From: Nitrosopumilus sp. | Lineage (GTDB): Archaea > Thermoproteota > Nitrososphaeria > Nitrososphaerales > Nitrosopumilaceae | Length of the DNA stretch: 64,000 bases | Assembly (NCBI GenBank): GCA_965223425.1 | Contig: OZ245003.1 | Span: 1,408,001 to 1,472,000 of the forward strand | Reading direction: 5' to 3' | Shown: in pieces, positions 49,950-61,236 of the stretch | Numbering within the stretch: position 1 is the first letter of the stretch | How the letters are laid out: every line of letters starts with the position of its first letter | Position numbers and translations under genes: made by a program | Notes under the pieces: model-generated | What the model saw: only the letters and a program-made list of their open reading frames with translations | The model's database searches: none | What the model was told of the DNA's origin: nothing

Positions 49950-51114
49950 TAGCGTAGTTTTGCAATCGGAACTCTGGATATTCATTTGTAAAGTCGTCAA
50001 TGAACTTTTGAGTAAACGTTGGCGTTAGTAGATAATCACCAAAATCACCACCGTTTTCAATTACGTTTCTTAAAAAGTCAGCATAGTCAGACCACAGAAA
50101 TTTTTCAAGATAGATATGTTCTTGTTGAGGTTCAGGAGCAGTTTGCTTAGCAGTTTTAAATTCAGGAACATGCTCAACATCAGAAGTATATCCCATATCA
50201 TATCTATCTACAGGGTCACCATCAACTAAGACTTCTTCAATAAACCTATGTTGTTGAAGATCATAACTATTTGTCAAACTATCAGATGGGACAAAAATCA
50301 AACCATCATCAGTTCGTTGAAGCTGAAACAGATAACGATCATAACTATGAAAATAAAACCTATCACGGTCATGATATAAAGGTTCATCTAGTCTAAGATC
50401 AATACTACCAGAAGTACCATTTACAGAATAAGGAACCTTGATAGAATATTTAGTTCCAAAATGAGGAGTATACAAATCCGCTTGTTTAAAATGGAATTGT
50501 TTATCTTCATTTAAAACAGTGATCTCTTCAGGAACAAAGACAAAAATTCGTGCGAATACATTATCAAGATTCAAAGAATCAAGATCATCATACACAGAAG
50601 TACCGTTAGGATGATACCAAGATAAAGTATACTGAATCGAAACTGTTTGATTCACAGAAATAGAATTAGGAATTTCTACACTATGTAGAGTACCGGGAAG
50701 TTTCTCATGACTATGATGTCCATATGAATTACCACCACCAGTAAACACATACTTTTCTAAACTGTTATCATCTGAAAGTTTTGCAGATATAGAATCATGT
50801 ACATTTGATTTACCAGAATTCTCCAGTATTGATCCAATTATAGATACTAGGACGAATCCTTTATCAAATAAAGTTTCAACTGAATCTTCATTCACACAAG
50901 CTGGTGTTCCTCGTATACTCTCCATTAATATTTTAGAATCTCTGCATTGTATCTGATCTAGTGGTGTTCCACTTTGGAATTGTTTGTATGGTGTATCTGT
51001 CTCTGCAAATGCAGGCGTTATCATTAATCCGATTGCTAGGAATAACCCTAACATTGTCTTACCAATCATTGAATTTTTTTGTATAACTTATTATATTAAA
51101 CTGTCCTTTGTTTT

Positions 51115-51134
51115 CAGTAGTTGGGATTGTACCG
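51115..51134. mobile_element. Isolated ISH3 terminal repeat
   Basis: CAGTAGTTGGGATTGTACCG, identical to 22969-22988. Confidence 0.8.
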
Positions 51135-53402
51135 TAGTGACTAGGATAAATAACCGCTCATCCTTGTTATCCTGACCTCACGTCTATACAGCATTGTCCA
51201 TATGGATTCCTTCATCACCTTTGTGCTTTCATACATCACGTTTGCAGTGGCCCTTCTTAACAGCCTCCACTGCCCCTCCGTGGTATTCAGCTCCGGGGTG
51301 TACACGGGCAAGTAAACAAGGACTATGTCGCCGTCATACGAGTCGACAAAATCATTGACCATCTTTGACTTGTGGTATGATGCGTTATCAAGAAAGACGA
51401 TGATCTTGCCGTGCTTGAGATGCAGGTGTCCGAGCATGTCCACAAAGCCGTAGCTGTCGGCCTTGGCATAGAACCTGCAGTCAAAGCCGCCGTCGTACAG
51501 CGCCCCAAACGAGTAGAACCTTTTGCGCGACAGGCTGACTGGAGTGGTGACGGGCTTGCCCTTGGGGTACCACCCGTTCTTGGTATTCCACCCAATGATA
51601 AAGGAGGCCTCATCAACTGTAATCACCGTATGGTCTGGATGACTCTGGATTATCTCCCCTGCTTTTTTTTTAAACTCTTTTTTCTCTGATTCTGAGGCTG
51701 ACTTGGGTGCTTTGGACGCGGCTTTCTGCACGAAAAGCCCATCCTGTGCAGTATGTCATATATGCTGACAGTGGCATACTGCACGCCGAACTTTTTTCTG
51801 ATGTGTGCGGCCAGCAGCGGTGCCGTCCACACTCCGGACTCAAAGCCGCAACTGCGCGGGCCTGCCAGCAGGTCTGCGCGCAGCTGCTTTGTCTGTTCCG
51901 GATCGAGCTTGTTTGGCGCGCCTTCATTTTTGATGTCGTACCTGCCGTAGGTGCCAAGCTGTGCGGCGCGCACAAGCCAGCCCCGTACTGTGGAATATGA
52001 CCTGTTGAGTGCCATGCATATCCGGCGTATGGACATGCCCTCCTTGCGTAGTGACTAGGATAAATAACCGCTCATTCTTGTTATCTTGACCTCACGTCTA
52101 TCCAGCATTGTCCATATGGATTCCTTCATCACCTTTGTGCTTTCATACATCACGTTTGCAGTGGCCCTTCTTAACAGCCTCCACTGCCCCTCCGTGGTAT
52201 TCAGCTCCGGGGTGTACACGGGCAAGTAAACAAGGACTATGTCGCCGTCATACGAGTCGACAAAATCATTGACCATCTTTGACTTGTGGTATGATGCGTT
52301 ATCAAGAAAGACGATGATCTTGCCGTGCTTGAGATGCAGGTGTCCGAGCATGTCCACAAAGCTGTAGCTGTTGGCCTTGGCATAGAACCTGCAGTCAAAG
52401 CCGCCGTCGTACAGCGCCCCAAACGAGTAGAACCTTTTGCGCGACAGGCTGACTGGAGTGGTGACGGGCTTGCCCTTGAGGTACCACCCGTTCTTGGTAT
52501 TCCATCCAATGATAAAGGAGGCCTCATCAACTGTAATCACCGTATGGTCTGGATGACTCTGGATTATCTCCCCTGCTTTTTTTTTAAACTCTTTTTTCTC
52601 TGATTCTGAGGCTGATTTTGGGTGCTTTGGACGCGGCTTTCTGCACGAAAAGCCCATCCTGTGCAGTATGTCATATATGCTGACAGTGGCATACTGCACG
52701 CCGAACTTTTTTCTGATGTGTGCGGCCAGCAGCGGTGCCGTCCACACTCCGGACTCAAAGCCGCAACTGCGCGGGCCTGCCAGCAGGTCTGCGCGCAGCT
52801 GCTTTGTCTGTTCCGGATCGAGCTTGTTTGGCGCGCCTTTGTTTTTGATGTCGTACCTGCCGCAGGTGCCAAGCTGTGCGGCGCGCACAAGCCAGCCCCG
52901 TACTGTAGAGTATGACCTGTTGAGGGCCCTGCATATCCGGCGTATGGACATGCCCTCCTTGCGCATGGCATATGCCAGCAGCCTTGCTGCGGCCCTGGGA
53001 TCTGTCTCCTTTTTTTGCATGCTGCGCAGGCGCGCACTGGAGACGCCGGACAGGAACCTTCTGTCTGCCGGTATTGCAGAATTGTTGTATTTCATGCGGA
53101 TTCTGCCATACACTGGGATCTAGATCTTGTGGTTGAATAATGTTGTCTGTTTTGTGAGCGATTGTTAATCCAATTCACTACGCATGGCATATGCCAGCAG
53201 TCTTGCTGCGGCCCTGGGATCTGTCTCCTTTTTTTGCATGCTGCGCAGGCGCGCACTGGAGACGCCGGACAGGAATCTTTTGTCTGCCGGTATTACTATG
53301 GAATCGTTGTATTTCATGCGGATTCTGCCATACACTGGGATCTAGATCTTGTGGTTGAATAATGTTGTCTGTTTTGTGAGCGATTGTTAATCCAATTCAC
53401 TA
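51135..53402 (-). mobile_element. IS630 type-3 outer copy (frameshifted), interrupted by a sister copy
   Basis: Ends TAGTGACTAGGATAAATAA / TTGTTAATCCAATTCACTA; about 1134 bp once the inner copy is removed. Confidence 0.88.
52049..53180 (-). mobile_element. IS630 type-3 inner copy with intact 352-aa transposase (52055-53113), CG duplicated
   Basis: VDEAS, LDNASYH, PELNTTE; flanks TTGCG| and |CGCAT versus empty site TTGCGCAT. Confidence 0.92.
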
Positions 53403-54374
53403 CGGCAGCAGGTACTCCAGAACTATCTCGCCGTTGTATCTTTCCAGAAACTCCCTTGCCTTTTTGGATTTGTGATATGACGCATTGTCTACAAACAGCA
53501 GCACCTTGCCGAATCTTTTGTGAACCCGTTCCAAAAAGCTGCAAAAGCCGTCGCTGTCTGGCTTTTCATAAGACATAAGGTAAAACGCGCTTGCCGACAG
53601 GACTCCAAATGTATCTTCTCTTGCGTGACAAAACAGAGGGGGATGTGGCGCGCTTGCCGCGCCTTCTCCACCCGTAGCCGGGCCTGTCTGGTGCCTTTTG
53701 AATCGAGGATGCATCGCCGGCCAGTACGGCGTATCCCTGCGCCGACTTTTCTGCAACGGGTTTTTTTGCCCGCTCCTGAAACTCTTTTTGCTTTCTTTTT
53801 GAGGCTGATCTTGGGTTTTTTGGACGCGCCTTGCTCCACGAAAAGCCCATCTCCCTGACCAGCTGCAGCGCGCCTGCCTTGCTGTACTGCACGCCGAACT
53901 TTCGCTTGATGTGCAGCCTTGCGAGGTTGGAATCCCACAGGCTGCTCTCAAAGCCGCATGACTCCGGCCCCGCATCCAGGTCCGCTGCAAGCTGTCTTGT
54001 CTGCGGCCCGCCTATCAGGTGCTTTCGTCCCCTGCCGCTGCGCTCGAACCTTGCGCGTATTCCCTCGTCCTGTGCGCGGTTGAGCCATGCAGATATGGTG
54101 GACTTGGGCCTTCCCAGCATCCTTCCAATCCTGTCTAGCGGCACGCCGTCCTTGCGCTGCATGTACGCAAGCAGCCTGTCGCGCCTTCTGGGATCAGTCT
54201 CCTTTTTGTATGCCCTTTTGAGGTCTGCAACGGCCGGTGTTTGGCAGAAATTTTGCCCCCCTGCAACCTGTCTCTTTTTTTGTTTGTACATGCAGTGTGT
54301 GCGATATGGCCGGTCTTGGATCTTTTGGCCAAAAATAATTGTCAAAATGGTTCAGGTTTTTTATGTACTTACTA
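53403..54374 (-). mobile_element. IS630 type-2 second copy, 3'-truncated
   Basis: Near-identical to about 20528-21499. Confidence 0.88.
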
Positions 54375-54436
54375 TGTTCTTGTTCATGCGCAATGATTTA
54401 CAAGCACACCATGGAGAAAACCATTCTGACCAAAAG

Positions 54437-54865
54437 CTAGGCCTCCATTGTTTCTTTGAGAAGGTTTTTTCTGACAAGAATTGGAATGTTATAAAATGAT
54501 GCAAGTGCCATGGCATCCGATGCGCGGTAATTTCTCAATACCAGGTCTTTTTTACCTGTAAAGTACAGGTTTGCTCGCAATACTTTGCCACTTTCATAGA
54601 TCTTTACCTTGACTAGAACCAGTTCATTTTCTTCACAAATTTCCTCAATCATCTTGTAAATTGATGGGATTTTTTCACCTTCCTCTTTTTCATCAAAACT
54701 TGAGATGTGCCTTACAACCTCTCCAGAGAATGCACGCATGTGAAATTCCTTTCCGCTGTCAGCCTTTAGGACAACCATGCCTTCAACTGCGTATGGATCA
54801 ACAAATCCAACGTAATCAATTTTGACTGATTCATAATCAGGCTCCTGCACTTGATCAATGTCCAT
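54437..54865 (-). CDS. Bifunctional nuclease (DUF151) family protein
   Basis: RASDAMALA motif. Confidence 0.85.
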   Translation of the reverse strand: MDIDQVQEPDYESVKIDYVGFVDPYAVEGMVVLKADSGKEFHMRAFSGEVVRHISSFDEKEEGEKIPSIYKMIEEICEENELVLVKVKIYESGKVLRANLYFTGKKDLVLRNYRASDAMALASFYNIPILVRKNLLKETMEA

Positions 54866-54998
54866 GGTACGCATAAACTTCATGCTTAGTGCTTATAAAG
54901 ATAGCAAAGTCAGGAGATCAAATCAGACATGTCATTGTAAATTATTTTTTAATAGTTAAGACTAGTGCGCAATCCCAAATTATTTAAAATCCCTAACT

Positions 54999-56828
54999 AT
55001 GGATAGCTTGATGTCAACTAATCCAGAGCGTGCAATATCTTATGTTCTAAACAAGTATGTCACAAAATACATGGACAAGGATGTCCTGATACTCGATCAG
55101 AACACATCTACAAGGGAGGCAGCCAGAATGCTACAACACTATGAAACAGACGACATAATTGTCAGAGACGAAGATAACCTTCCAGTAGGAATTGTAACTG
55201 ATGAAGATATACTAAGTAAGGTAAGCGATGTTACAGTTTACGCAGAAGCCACTACGCTAAAAGACGTCATGAGTGCGCCACTCATCACAATTAATGAAAA
55301 AGCAACGCTGCAAGATGCACTACATAAAATGAGAGACAACAACATTAGAAAACTTCCAGTGCTAACAAAGAAAAACCAGGTGGTTGGAATGATCTTTCAG
55401 ACAGCTATTGCAAACGTGATTAGAAACGCCACTGCCACTGCACCGCGTCTTTTGAGTCCCCCCGTCAAAGCAGTTCTTGGCAATCTTGGGTTTGTGCTAC
55501 AATTTGCAGGGGTTTTACTGCTCGTACCGGCCATTGTTGCAACAGTTTTAGAGGATACCACAACTGCTACGGGGATTTATCTAACTACTGTTCTTTTGCT
55601 GGTTACTGGATTCTTTCTAAATTCTTATGGTGAAAAATCAAGCCTCAATCTGCAGCAAGCGTCAATTTTGGTTTTTTCAAGTTTGTTTTTGCTGTCTTTG
55701 TTTGGAACCGTACCTTATCTGTACGTGTTTACTAGTGGTGAAACCAATGTGGAGGTATTTGGAAATGCATTCTTTTCAAGTGCCGCAGGATTCACAACTG
55801 GCGGAATATCGTTGTTTGATGAGCCAGAAAGTCTTTCTCAAAGCTTTACTTTCTATCGTAGTTACACTCAGCTAGTGGGAGGCATGAGTTTCATTTATCT
55901 GGTAATTACAGCATTTTATCCAGAATCAAAACTGCAATCCATGCGCGGCTTCATATCAGGAAGAACGCTTCACATGAAGGAGCTTTTCTCGACCATCACA
56001 ATCATCTTTGCAGTGTATATTGTAATTGTTGCAACTTTGCTGTATATCCTGGGCGCATCAGAGAATTTACTGGATGATTTTTCATTGGCGATGAGCACTT
56101 TAGCAACAGGAGGATTCATACCGACATCGACAATTCTTGATGATCTGTCGTGGCAAGAACATGTTGTTTTGATGGGCGCAATGATACTTGGCGCGCTGCC
56201 ATTTACATTTCACTATGCGTTTGTTAGGAAAAAATTCCTTTCACCAAAACTTGGAAAGGAGGTTTTGACATATTTTTCAATTTTGGCCGCTGCTATTGTT
56301 TTGTTTATTGCAATCAGCGGGTTGGATCCTATGGAAAGCGCGTTTTATTCCATATCAGCTAGTACCACTGCAGGACTCCAACAAGAAAGTCTCGCGGGGT
56401 TAAATGGAGGAGCGCACACCATTTTGATAATTTTGATGTTTATTGGAGGGTGTGGATTTTCAACTGCAGGGGGGTTGAAAATATTTAGATTATTCCATTT
56501 GCGCGATGTTAGATCTCTTTTTAATAAAATAAAAAGAGACAAACTGTCAAGCCAGGCAAAAAAAGAAGTCATAGCTACTCTAATCATTATTGCGTTATTT
56601 CCTACAATCTCAGCAATCACAGGGGCACATCTTGCAGCTACTGAAGAAGTGCCATACCAGGAAGCATTCTTTGAGGCAGTAGGGGTCATCACTACTGGGG
56701 GGCTGTCTGCAGGAGTAATTGATTCGGACACAGATCCTGCAACAAAGATTGTTCTAGGATTTTTGATGATATTTGGAAGACTGGAGATTATTGCAATTAT
56801 CTACATCTTTGTTCCTAAACTTAGCTAG
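54999..56828 (+). CDS. trkH: CBS-pair fused TrkH/KtrB potassium transporter
   Basis: N-terminal CBS pair; FTTGG, ATGGF, TTAG, TTGGLS pore loops; GRLE. Confidence 0.92.
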   Translation: MDSLMSTNPERAISYVLNKYVTKYMDKDVLILDQNTSTREAARMLQHYETDDIIVRDEDNLPVGIVTDEDILSKVSDVTVYAEATTLKDVMSAPLITINEKATLQDALHKMRDNNIRKLPVLTKKNQVVGMIFQTAIANVIRNATATAPRLLSPPVKAVLGNLGFVLQFAGVLLLVPAIVATVLEDTTTATGIYLTTVLLLVTGFFLNSYGEKSSLNLQQASILVFSSLFLLSLFGTVPYLYVFTSGETNVEVFGNAFFSSAAGFTTGGISLFDEPESLSQSFTFYRSYTQLVGGMSFIYLVITAFYPESKLQSMRGFISGRTLHMKELFSTITIIFAVYIVIVATLLYILGASENLLDDFSLAMSTLATGGFIPTSTILDDLSWQEHVVLMGAMILGALPFTFHYAFVRKKFLSPKLGKEVLTYFSILAAAIVLFIAISGLDPMESAFYSISASTTAGLQQESLAGLNGGAHTILIILMFIGGCGFSTAGGLKIFRLFHLRDVRSLFNKIKRDKLSSQAKKEVIATLIIIALFPTISAITGAHLAATEEVPYQEAFFEAVGVITTGGLSAGVIDSDTDPATKIVLGFLMIFGRLEIIAIIYIFVPKLS

Positions 56829-56863
56829 GATAGGGTTTAATTTCGTAAAAAAAAATTAAAATT

Positions 56864-57694
56864 ATGAAAGAGCAGTCAAGCAGGAGCGCAAACAAGGGCA
56901 AGAAACTGATTGTTTTAGGGTTTGTGACAATCGTAATTCTATTTTTAATTTATAATCGATATCAAGATCCAGAATTACTTACACCTAGTGCAATAGATTC
57001 CATTCAAAGAATAGCATACGGGTTTTACATAACGCTTGTTGTGTCATTTGGGGCAATCGCTTTTGGGATGTACCGATACCATAAAGAAAAAGTAGAAACC
57101 AAAGGAAAGGATCTGTCAACAATGATTGCGCTAGCAACTTGGAATTCAAAATCGCGAAAAATCTTTATTGTGACATTCATAGGGTACGGAATATTTTTCT
57201 CATTGGCATCTGGAACACTGGTATATCAGCCGGAGGTTAATTTTGCGATTCATTATGGCGCAACAATTCCATCGGGTTTTATCGCACCATGTTGTGATGA
57301 ACCAGGATACATGCCAAAGATAATCGTCTATCTAACAGAACATGTGGGTTTGCAAATAATTCCAATTAATTTGACATTACAGATAATTGTCTCATATTTA
57401 GTTGGATTGAATGCTTCAATTGCAGTATGTGCTTATGCAATCTCAAAGAGGGGAAGGGGGATAAGCACGATTGGAGCAGCTACGGGGTTGTTCATCGCAT
57501 GTCCAACTTGTGCCGGTACGTTTCTTTCAATATTTCTCGGAACTGCAAGCGGAATTGCTTTATCAATTGCACTTACACAAATGCAAACGTTATTCATTGC
57601 AATATCAATTCCAGTATTACTTGTTACGCCGTATGTAATGGCACGAAAATTAAGAAATGCAGACGGCAGTTGTAAAGTAAACCCTACTGGTTGA
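56864..57694 (+). CDS. Cys-containing integral membrane protein
   Basis: Multiple TM segments; PCC and ACPTCAG. Confidence 0.8.
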   Translation: MKEQSSRSANKGKKLIVLGFVTIVILFLIYNRYQDPELLTPSAIDSIQRIAYGFYITLVVSFGAIAFGMYRYHKEKVETKGKDLSTMIALATWNSKSRKIFIVTFIGYGIFFSLASGTLVYQPEVNFAIHYGATIPSGFIAPCCDEPGYMPKIIVYLTEHVGLQIIPINLTLQIIVSYLVGLNASIAVCAYAISKRGRGISTIGAATGLFIACPTCAGTFLSIFLGTASGIALSIALTQMQTLFIAISIPVLLVTPYVMARKLRNADGSCKVNPTG

Positions 57695-57938
57695 ACTTTG
57701 TGACTCGGGGGATTTTGTGATTTCCAACATCGTACCCATCCCGTCTTAGAAATTTTAGAGTAAATTTGTAAATTAATTCGTCATGATTTACTTGTTCTAA
57801 TATTTCAGTCCACAGAACCTTTCCTTTTTCCTCAATTTGTTTTTTGAAACTAGGGTTCATAGACTCAGCAATATCTTTGCACTGATCAAGAGTTTTTCCA
57901 TTTTTGTATGCACGAACACGCCTATCACAACTATCCAT
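57684..57938 (-). CDS. Conserved hypothetical protein
   Basis: Clean 84-aa ORF. Confidence 0.7.
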   Translation of the reverse strand: MDSCDRRVRAYKNGKTLDQCKDIAESMNPSFKKQIEEKGKVLWTEILEQVNHDELIYKFTLKFLRRDGYDVGNHKIPRVTKFNQ

Positions 57939-58140
57939 AGTCAGAGTATCAAGTCACCGCCTGCCCATGTATGTTTTTGCCCTGCAGTATCAAGTGAACG
58001 TGCGCATCTGTGCCCATTTTTTTGCAGTTGGCCCTCCACAGGACCACAGCAGCAAAGCCTGCAGTAGCTGATGCAGTCTAGGTGCCGTCCGGCGAGGCGG
58101 TGTTTGGAGGGGATTCAAATACCAGACAGAAAAAACAGAA

Positions 58141-58377
58141 GTGATGGGCATCCAGTCACCCTTGGAATATGTAGATTTTTTCATAAACCTCAACATGGGA
58201 GAGAATGTAAGTTTGCTAAGTTTCGTTAACAATGAGAAATTAGTACTAAAACAGAAACTCGAATACAAAAATTTGGAAAAAGAACCAATCAAAAATGGAA
58301 TTGAGATCTTAGAAGGGTTAGCAAGAGAGATTAATGAGGTTGGAGAAAAAACAGTATTAGAAAAATATCGAAAATAA
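58141..58377 (+). CDS. Hypothetical protein
   Basis: Clean ORF upstream of the wHTH gene. Confidence 0.65.
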   Translation: MMGIQSPLEYVDFFINLNMGENVSLLSFVNNEKLVLKQKLEYKNLEKEPIKNGIEILEGLAREINEVGEKTVLEKYRK

Positions 58378-58389
58378 CTAGGAGGGACA

Positions 58390-58965
58390 ATGGACAAAAA
58401 TTCAGAGATCATTAGGACAGAAATCATCAGAATTCTTAACGAAAATGGAAAAACTCGCGGAACTGAACTTGCCAAAAAAGTGATAGAAATGGTGGGCAAT
58501 GAGAAAATGGTTTACAGGGAAATCAGTGCACTAGTAGAATCAGGGGAAATAGAGAAGAGAGTCCACAGCAAATCACACATAGAATACGAACTAATCAGTT
58601 TATCAGAATCTGTCAATAGTCAACTGAAAAATCTTCATAAAGAAGTAGAGATAATTTTTGAAGAAATTACAAATTTGGATATGGCAAGTAAAGAAGAAGA
58701 AGAAGAAGAATTTTCTTTTCATGAAAGGCTAAGAACATTAATTCATTTCATACATATTGTACAATCAACGGATGGAATAATGAAGTTGTTATCATTTTAT
58801 CCTGCATTCAAAAAAGACAAAATGTTTTCACAAATCAATAGAAAGATTGATGATTGTTGGCAAGCAATAATGAATGGCATTGCACACCAGCCGGAACAAG
58901 ATTTTCTAAATGAAATTCTTGCAAATTTAAGAATATCGCGTCTTGATTCAGATAATGTAAACTAG
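58390..58965 (+). CDS. Winged-helix protein
   Basis: GKTRGTELAKKV..YREISALVESGEIEK. Confidence 0.7.
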   Translation: MDKNSEIIRTEIIRILNENGKTRGTELAKKVIEMVGNEKMVYREISALVESGEIEKRVHSKSHIEYELISLSESVNSQLKNLHKEVEIIFEEITNLDMASKEEEEEEFSFHERLRTLIHFIHIVQSTDGIMKLLSFYPAFKKDKMFSQINRKIDDCWQAIMNGIAHQPEQDFLNEILANLRISRLDSDNVN

Positions 58966-59234
58966 ATTTTTTTTAATTTATCAACAATGACCTTGAGAAT
59001 CTCTTCATCGTCAAGAAGAATCAACGGGAAGTTGTTTTCCTCACTTGCCTTACGAAATTCTGTATCTTTTGTGACTATAATCATGTCATTTTCACGGGCA
59101 TAATTGATTATAGAATAATCCGAGCCTAGCTTTTTGCCTGTGTTTTGTAGCTTGCGAACACTATAGGCATCATAACCGAGTTCCTTTAATCGTTCATCCA
59201 TGCCATCTAGATTTTCATCAACTAGAACCTTCAT
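58962..59234 (-). CDS. DUF5615 PIN-like protein
   Basis: KVLVDENL..SDYSII..IIVTKDTEF. Confidence 0.85.
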   Translation of the reverse strand: MKVLVDENLDGMDERLKELGYDAYSVRKLQNTGKKLGSDYSIINYARENDMIIVTKDTEFRKASEENNFPLILLDDEEILKVIVDKLKKI

Positions 59235-59315
59235 GTTATTTTATCATTTGATTTCAATATTAGTGTAAACCAGCATCTAGGATCAAGTACTTATTTCCAA
59301 TAAACACAATATTGT

Positions 59316-59552
59316 GTGATGGACACTAAAAAAGAAGATAGTTCAGAAGAATCAAAAAATAACCATATTACATATTACAAATCATTAACCAAAACAATCT
59401 CTGATATTCAAGAAGAAAAAAAGATGGAAAATGATCCAACAATCAAAAATCATCTTGATCAAAGAATAGGGGCCATGGAAAAGGACAGAAAAAGAATAAG
59501 AGAGATGTTTCCAGGCATTTCAGAAGAGGAATGGAATGTCGACTCCGCCTGA
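59316..59552 (+). CDS. Hypothetical protein
   Basis: Clean ORF, overlaps the next gene. Confidence 0.65.
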   Translation: MMDTKKEDSSEESKNNHITYYKSLTKTISDIQEEKKMENDPTIKNHLDQRIGAMEKDRKRIREMFPGISEEEWNVDSA

Positions 59553-59745
59553 AAAAAACCACAACAAGCATCTTGACTTACTTCAAGATTACAAAACACA
59601 CCTCATAAAATACATCCAAGAATTAGAAAAGATGGATCAACAGTCAGAATTTGCAAAAAAATGGAACGAAACTACGATAAAAGAGCGGAGAGAAGAACTT
59701 CAAGTGATCGATAAGATCCTAAAAAATCTGATCAGATTTAGTTAA
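59536..59745 (+). CDS. Hypothetical protein
   Basis: Clean helical ORF. Confidence 0.65.
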   Translation: MSTPPEKNHNKHLDLLQDYKTHLIKYIQELEKMDQQSEFAKKWNETTIKERREELQVIDKILKNLIRFS

Positions 59746-59790
59746 TGGAGTTTCGGAGGCCCGATAAATTTGTGATCAGATCATCGAAAT

Positions 59791-60015
59791 TTAACAGGCC
59801 CGCCGTTTCTTAGTCAGATCATAAGGATTGACACAAAAATCATCTACATGCTCTGACGGAACCCCATCAAACCATACAAGTTCCTTGTCAATTTTGAATC
59901 CTTGGAAATCAAAATCAGATTTTGACTTCTTTTTTACAAAATCTATTTCATTTTGAATCATTTTTCTAATTTCTTCTTGTTCTTGTTTTGTTAATTCATA
60001 GCTACATGACATCAT
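59791..60015 (-). CDS. Hypothetical protein
   Basis: Clean 74-aa ORF. Confidence 0.55.
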   Translation of the reverse strand: MMSCSYELTKQEQEEIRKMIQNEIDFVKKKSKSDFDFQGFKIDKELVWFDGVPSEHVDDFCVNPYDLTKKRRAC

Positions 60016-60182
60016 GTCGATTTGGACAAAATAATCCCATGTTGAGGATTGATTTTGCTTTAATGAATGGCTTGTTTAGTTGTTGAGAACTTCTATAGTC
60101 TTTCACATTCAAACATCTTAGAATCTCCAAGATACTTGTGAAATGTCACGATGTTTAGAAGTGACTACCATTTAGATATTTT

Positions 60183-60563
60183 CTAAATATCAGCAGTAAT
60201 CTTCTTTATTTTAGTAATTAAGCGAATTTTTGTATTAATTGGCATCTCAGGCTCCATGGCAAAGTAAACAATATTTCTTTTTGTATAGATTACCATTTGA
60301 GACACTTTTTCTCTTTCAACATGGACATATCTCACTTTACCAAGTGTTCTATCAAACTCTTTTCTCATTGCTCGTCGTTGTGCGACTTGTTTACAGAAAT
60401 GCTCCTCTTCTTTTTGCGACTCGAGACTTGTCTTACCGGCCTTCATGATTGCTTCACGGATTTTCCCTTTTGAATCAATAATTGCCGCAAATCTCATTTG
60501 GGGATCTAAATTAAGGATTTTTTGAACAATATTGAGCAAGTCAGTTTTTTGCTTTACTGCCAT
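60183..60563 (-). CDS. Roadblock-like (DUF6659-type) thaumarchaeal protein
   Basis: DPQMRFAAIIDSKG..FDRTLGKVRY..REKV. Confidence 0.75.
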   Translation of the reverse strand: MAVKQKTDLLNIVQKILNLDPQMRFAAIIDSKGKIREAIMKAGKTSLESQKEEEHFCKQVAQRRAMRKEFDRTLGKVRYVHVEREKVSQMVIYTKRNIVYFAMEPEMPINTKIRLITKIKKITADI

Positions 60564-60618
60564 ATCTGAGTTCAAAAATTTCCTTACTAAATATAAGCCA
60601 TTGAAAACACATGTCTGT

Positions 60619-61236
60619 ATGGCAACCCCAATTTTTAGAATCCTTGATGAATTAGATGCACAATCAAACCTAGAAAAAACAAGGAAGGTCGACATTTTGC
60701 CAGAAGACAAAATGTGGGCAATAACTAAAGGAACAGGAAAGCTGCTAAACATGGTTTTGCGCATAAAAAACGCAAAAAACATGCTGGAGATAGGCATGTC
60801 TGTAGGATATTCTACGATATGGTGTGCAGAAGCCATATCTAAGCAATCAGGCAAAATCATCACAATAGAGCAAAGTCCAAGTAAAATCAGAAGGGCAAAA
60901 GAAAATTTTCAAAAGGCAGGGATATCAGACATGATCACCATAAAAGAAGGATTGGCATTGCAAATACTTTCTGAATTAAGTTTAGAAAAGAAATACGCAG
61001 AATATTTTGATTTTGTTTTAATTGATGCAGATAAAGAAAACACCATAGAATATTTTGACTTGGTATTACCAATGGTTAAAACTGGAGGCATTATTGTAAC
61101 AGACAATATGCTATATCCCGAAAAATACCGAAAACACATGGAAAAATTTTCAGATTATCTCAAGGGAAACCCTAAACTTCACACTACAACGTTAGATATT
61201 GGCAATGGTGAAGAAATGACTATAAAGCTATCTTAA
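60619..61236 (+). CDS. O-methyltransferase (family 3)
   Basis: LEIGMSVGYS, FDFVLIDADK, GGIIVTDN. Confidence 0.92.
   Translation: MATPIFRILDELDAQSNLEKTRKVDILPEDKMWAITKGTGKLLNMVLRIKNAKNMLEIGMSVGYSTIWCAEAISKQSGKIITIEQSPSKIRRAKENFQKAGISDMITIKEGLALQILSELSLEKKYAEYFDFVLIDADKENTIEYFDLVLPMVKTGGIIVTDNMLYPEKYRKHMEKFSDYLKGNPKLHTTTLDIGNGEEMTIKLS

Larger units (their letters stand above)
46891..51069 (-). pseudogene. Large secreted protein split by an IS630 insertion (pieces 49950-51069 and 46891-47465)
   Basis: Removing the IS and one TA rejoins ...LQNYA-RSSSGASDAPAQ in frame; signal peptide and TPYKQFQSG..IQC N-terminal motif. Confidence 0.8.

Noticed and set aside
54999-56828. CBS-TrkH fusion as novel
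   Set aside because: I recall this architecture from other Thaumarchaeota; host-like context.
58060-58085. Hammerhead or fluoride riboswitch (GCTGATG)
   Set aside because: Lacks the CTGATGA/GAAA core and the GGCGATGG 5' element.
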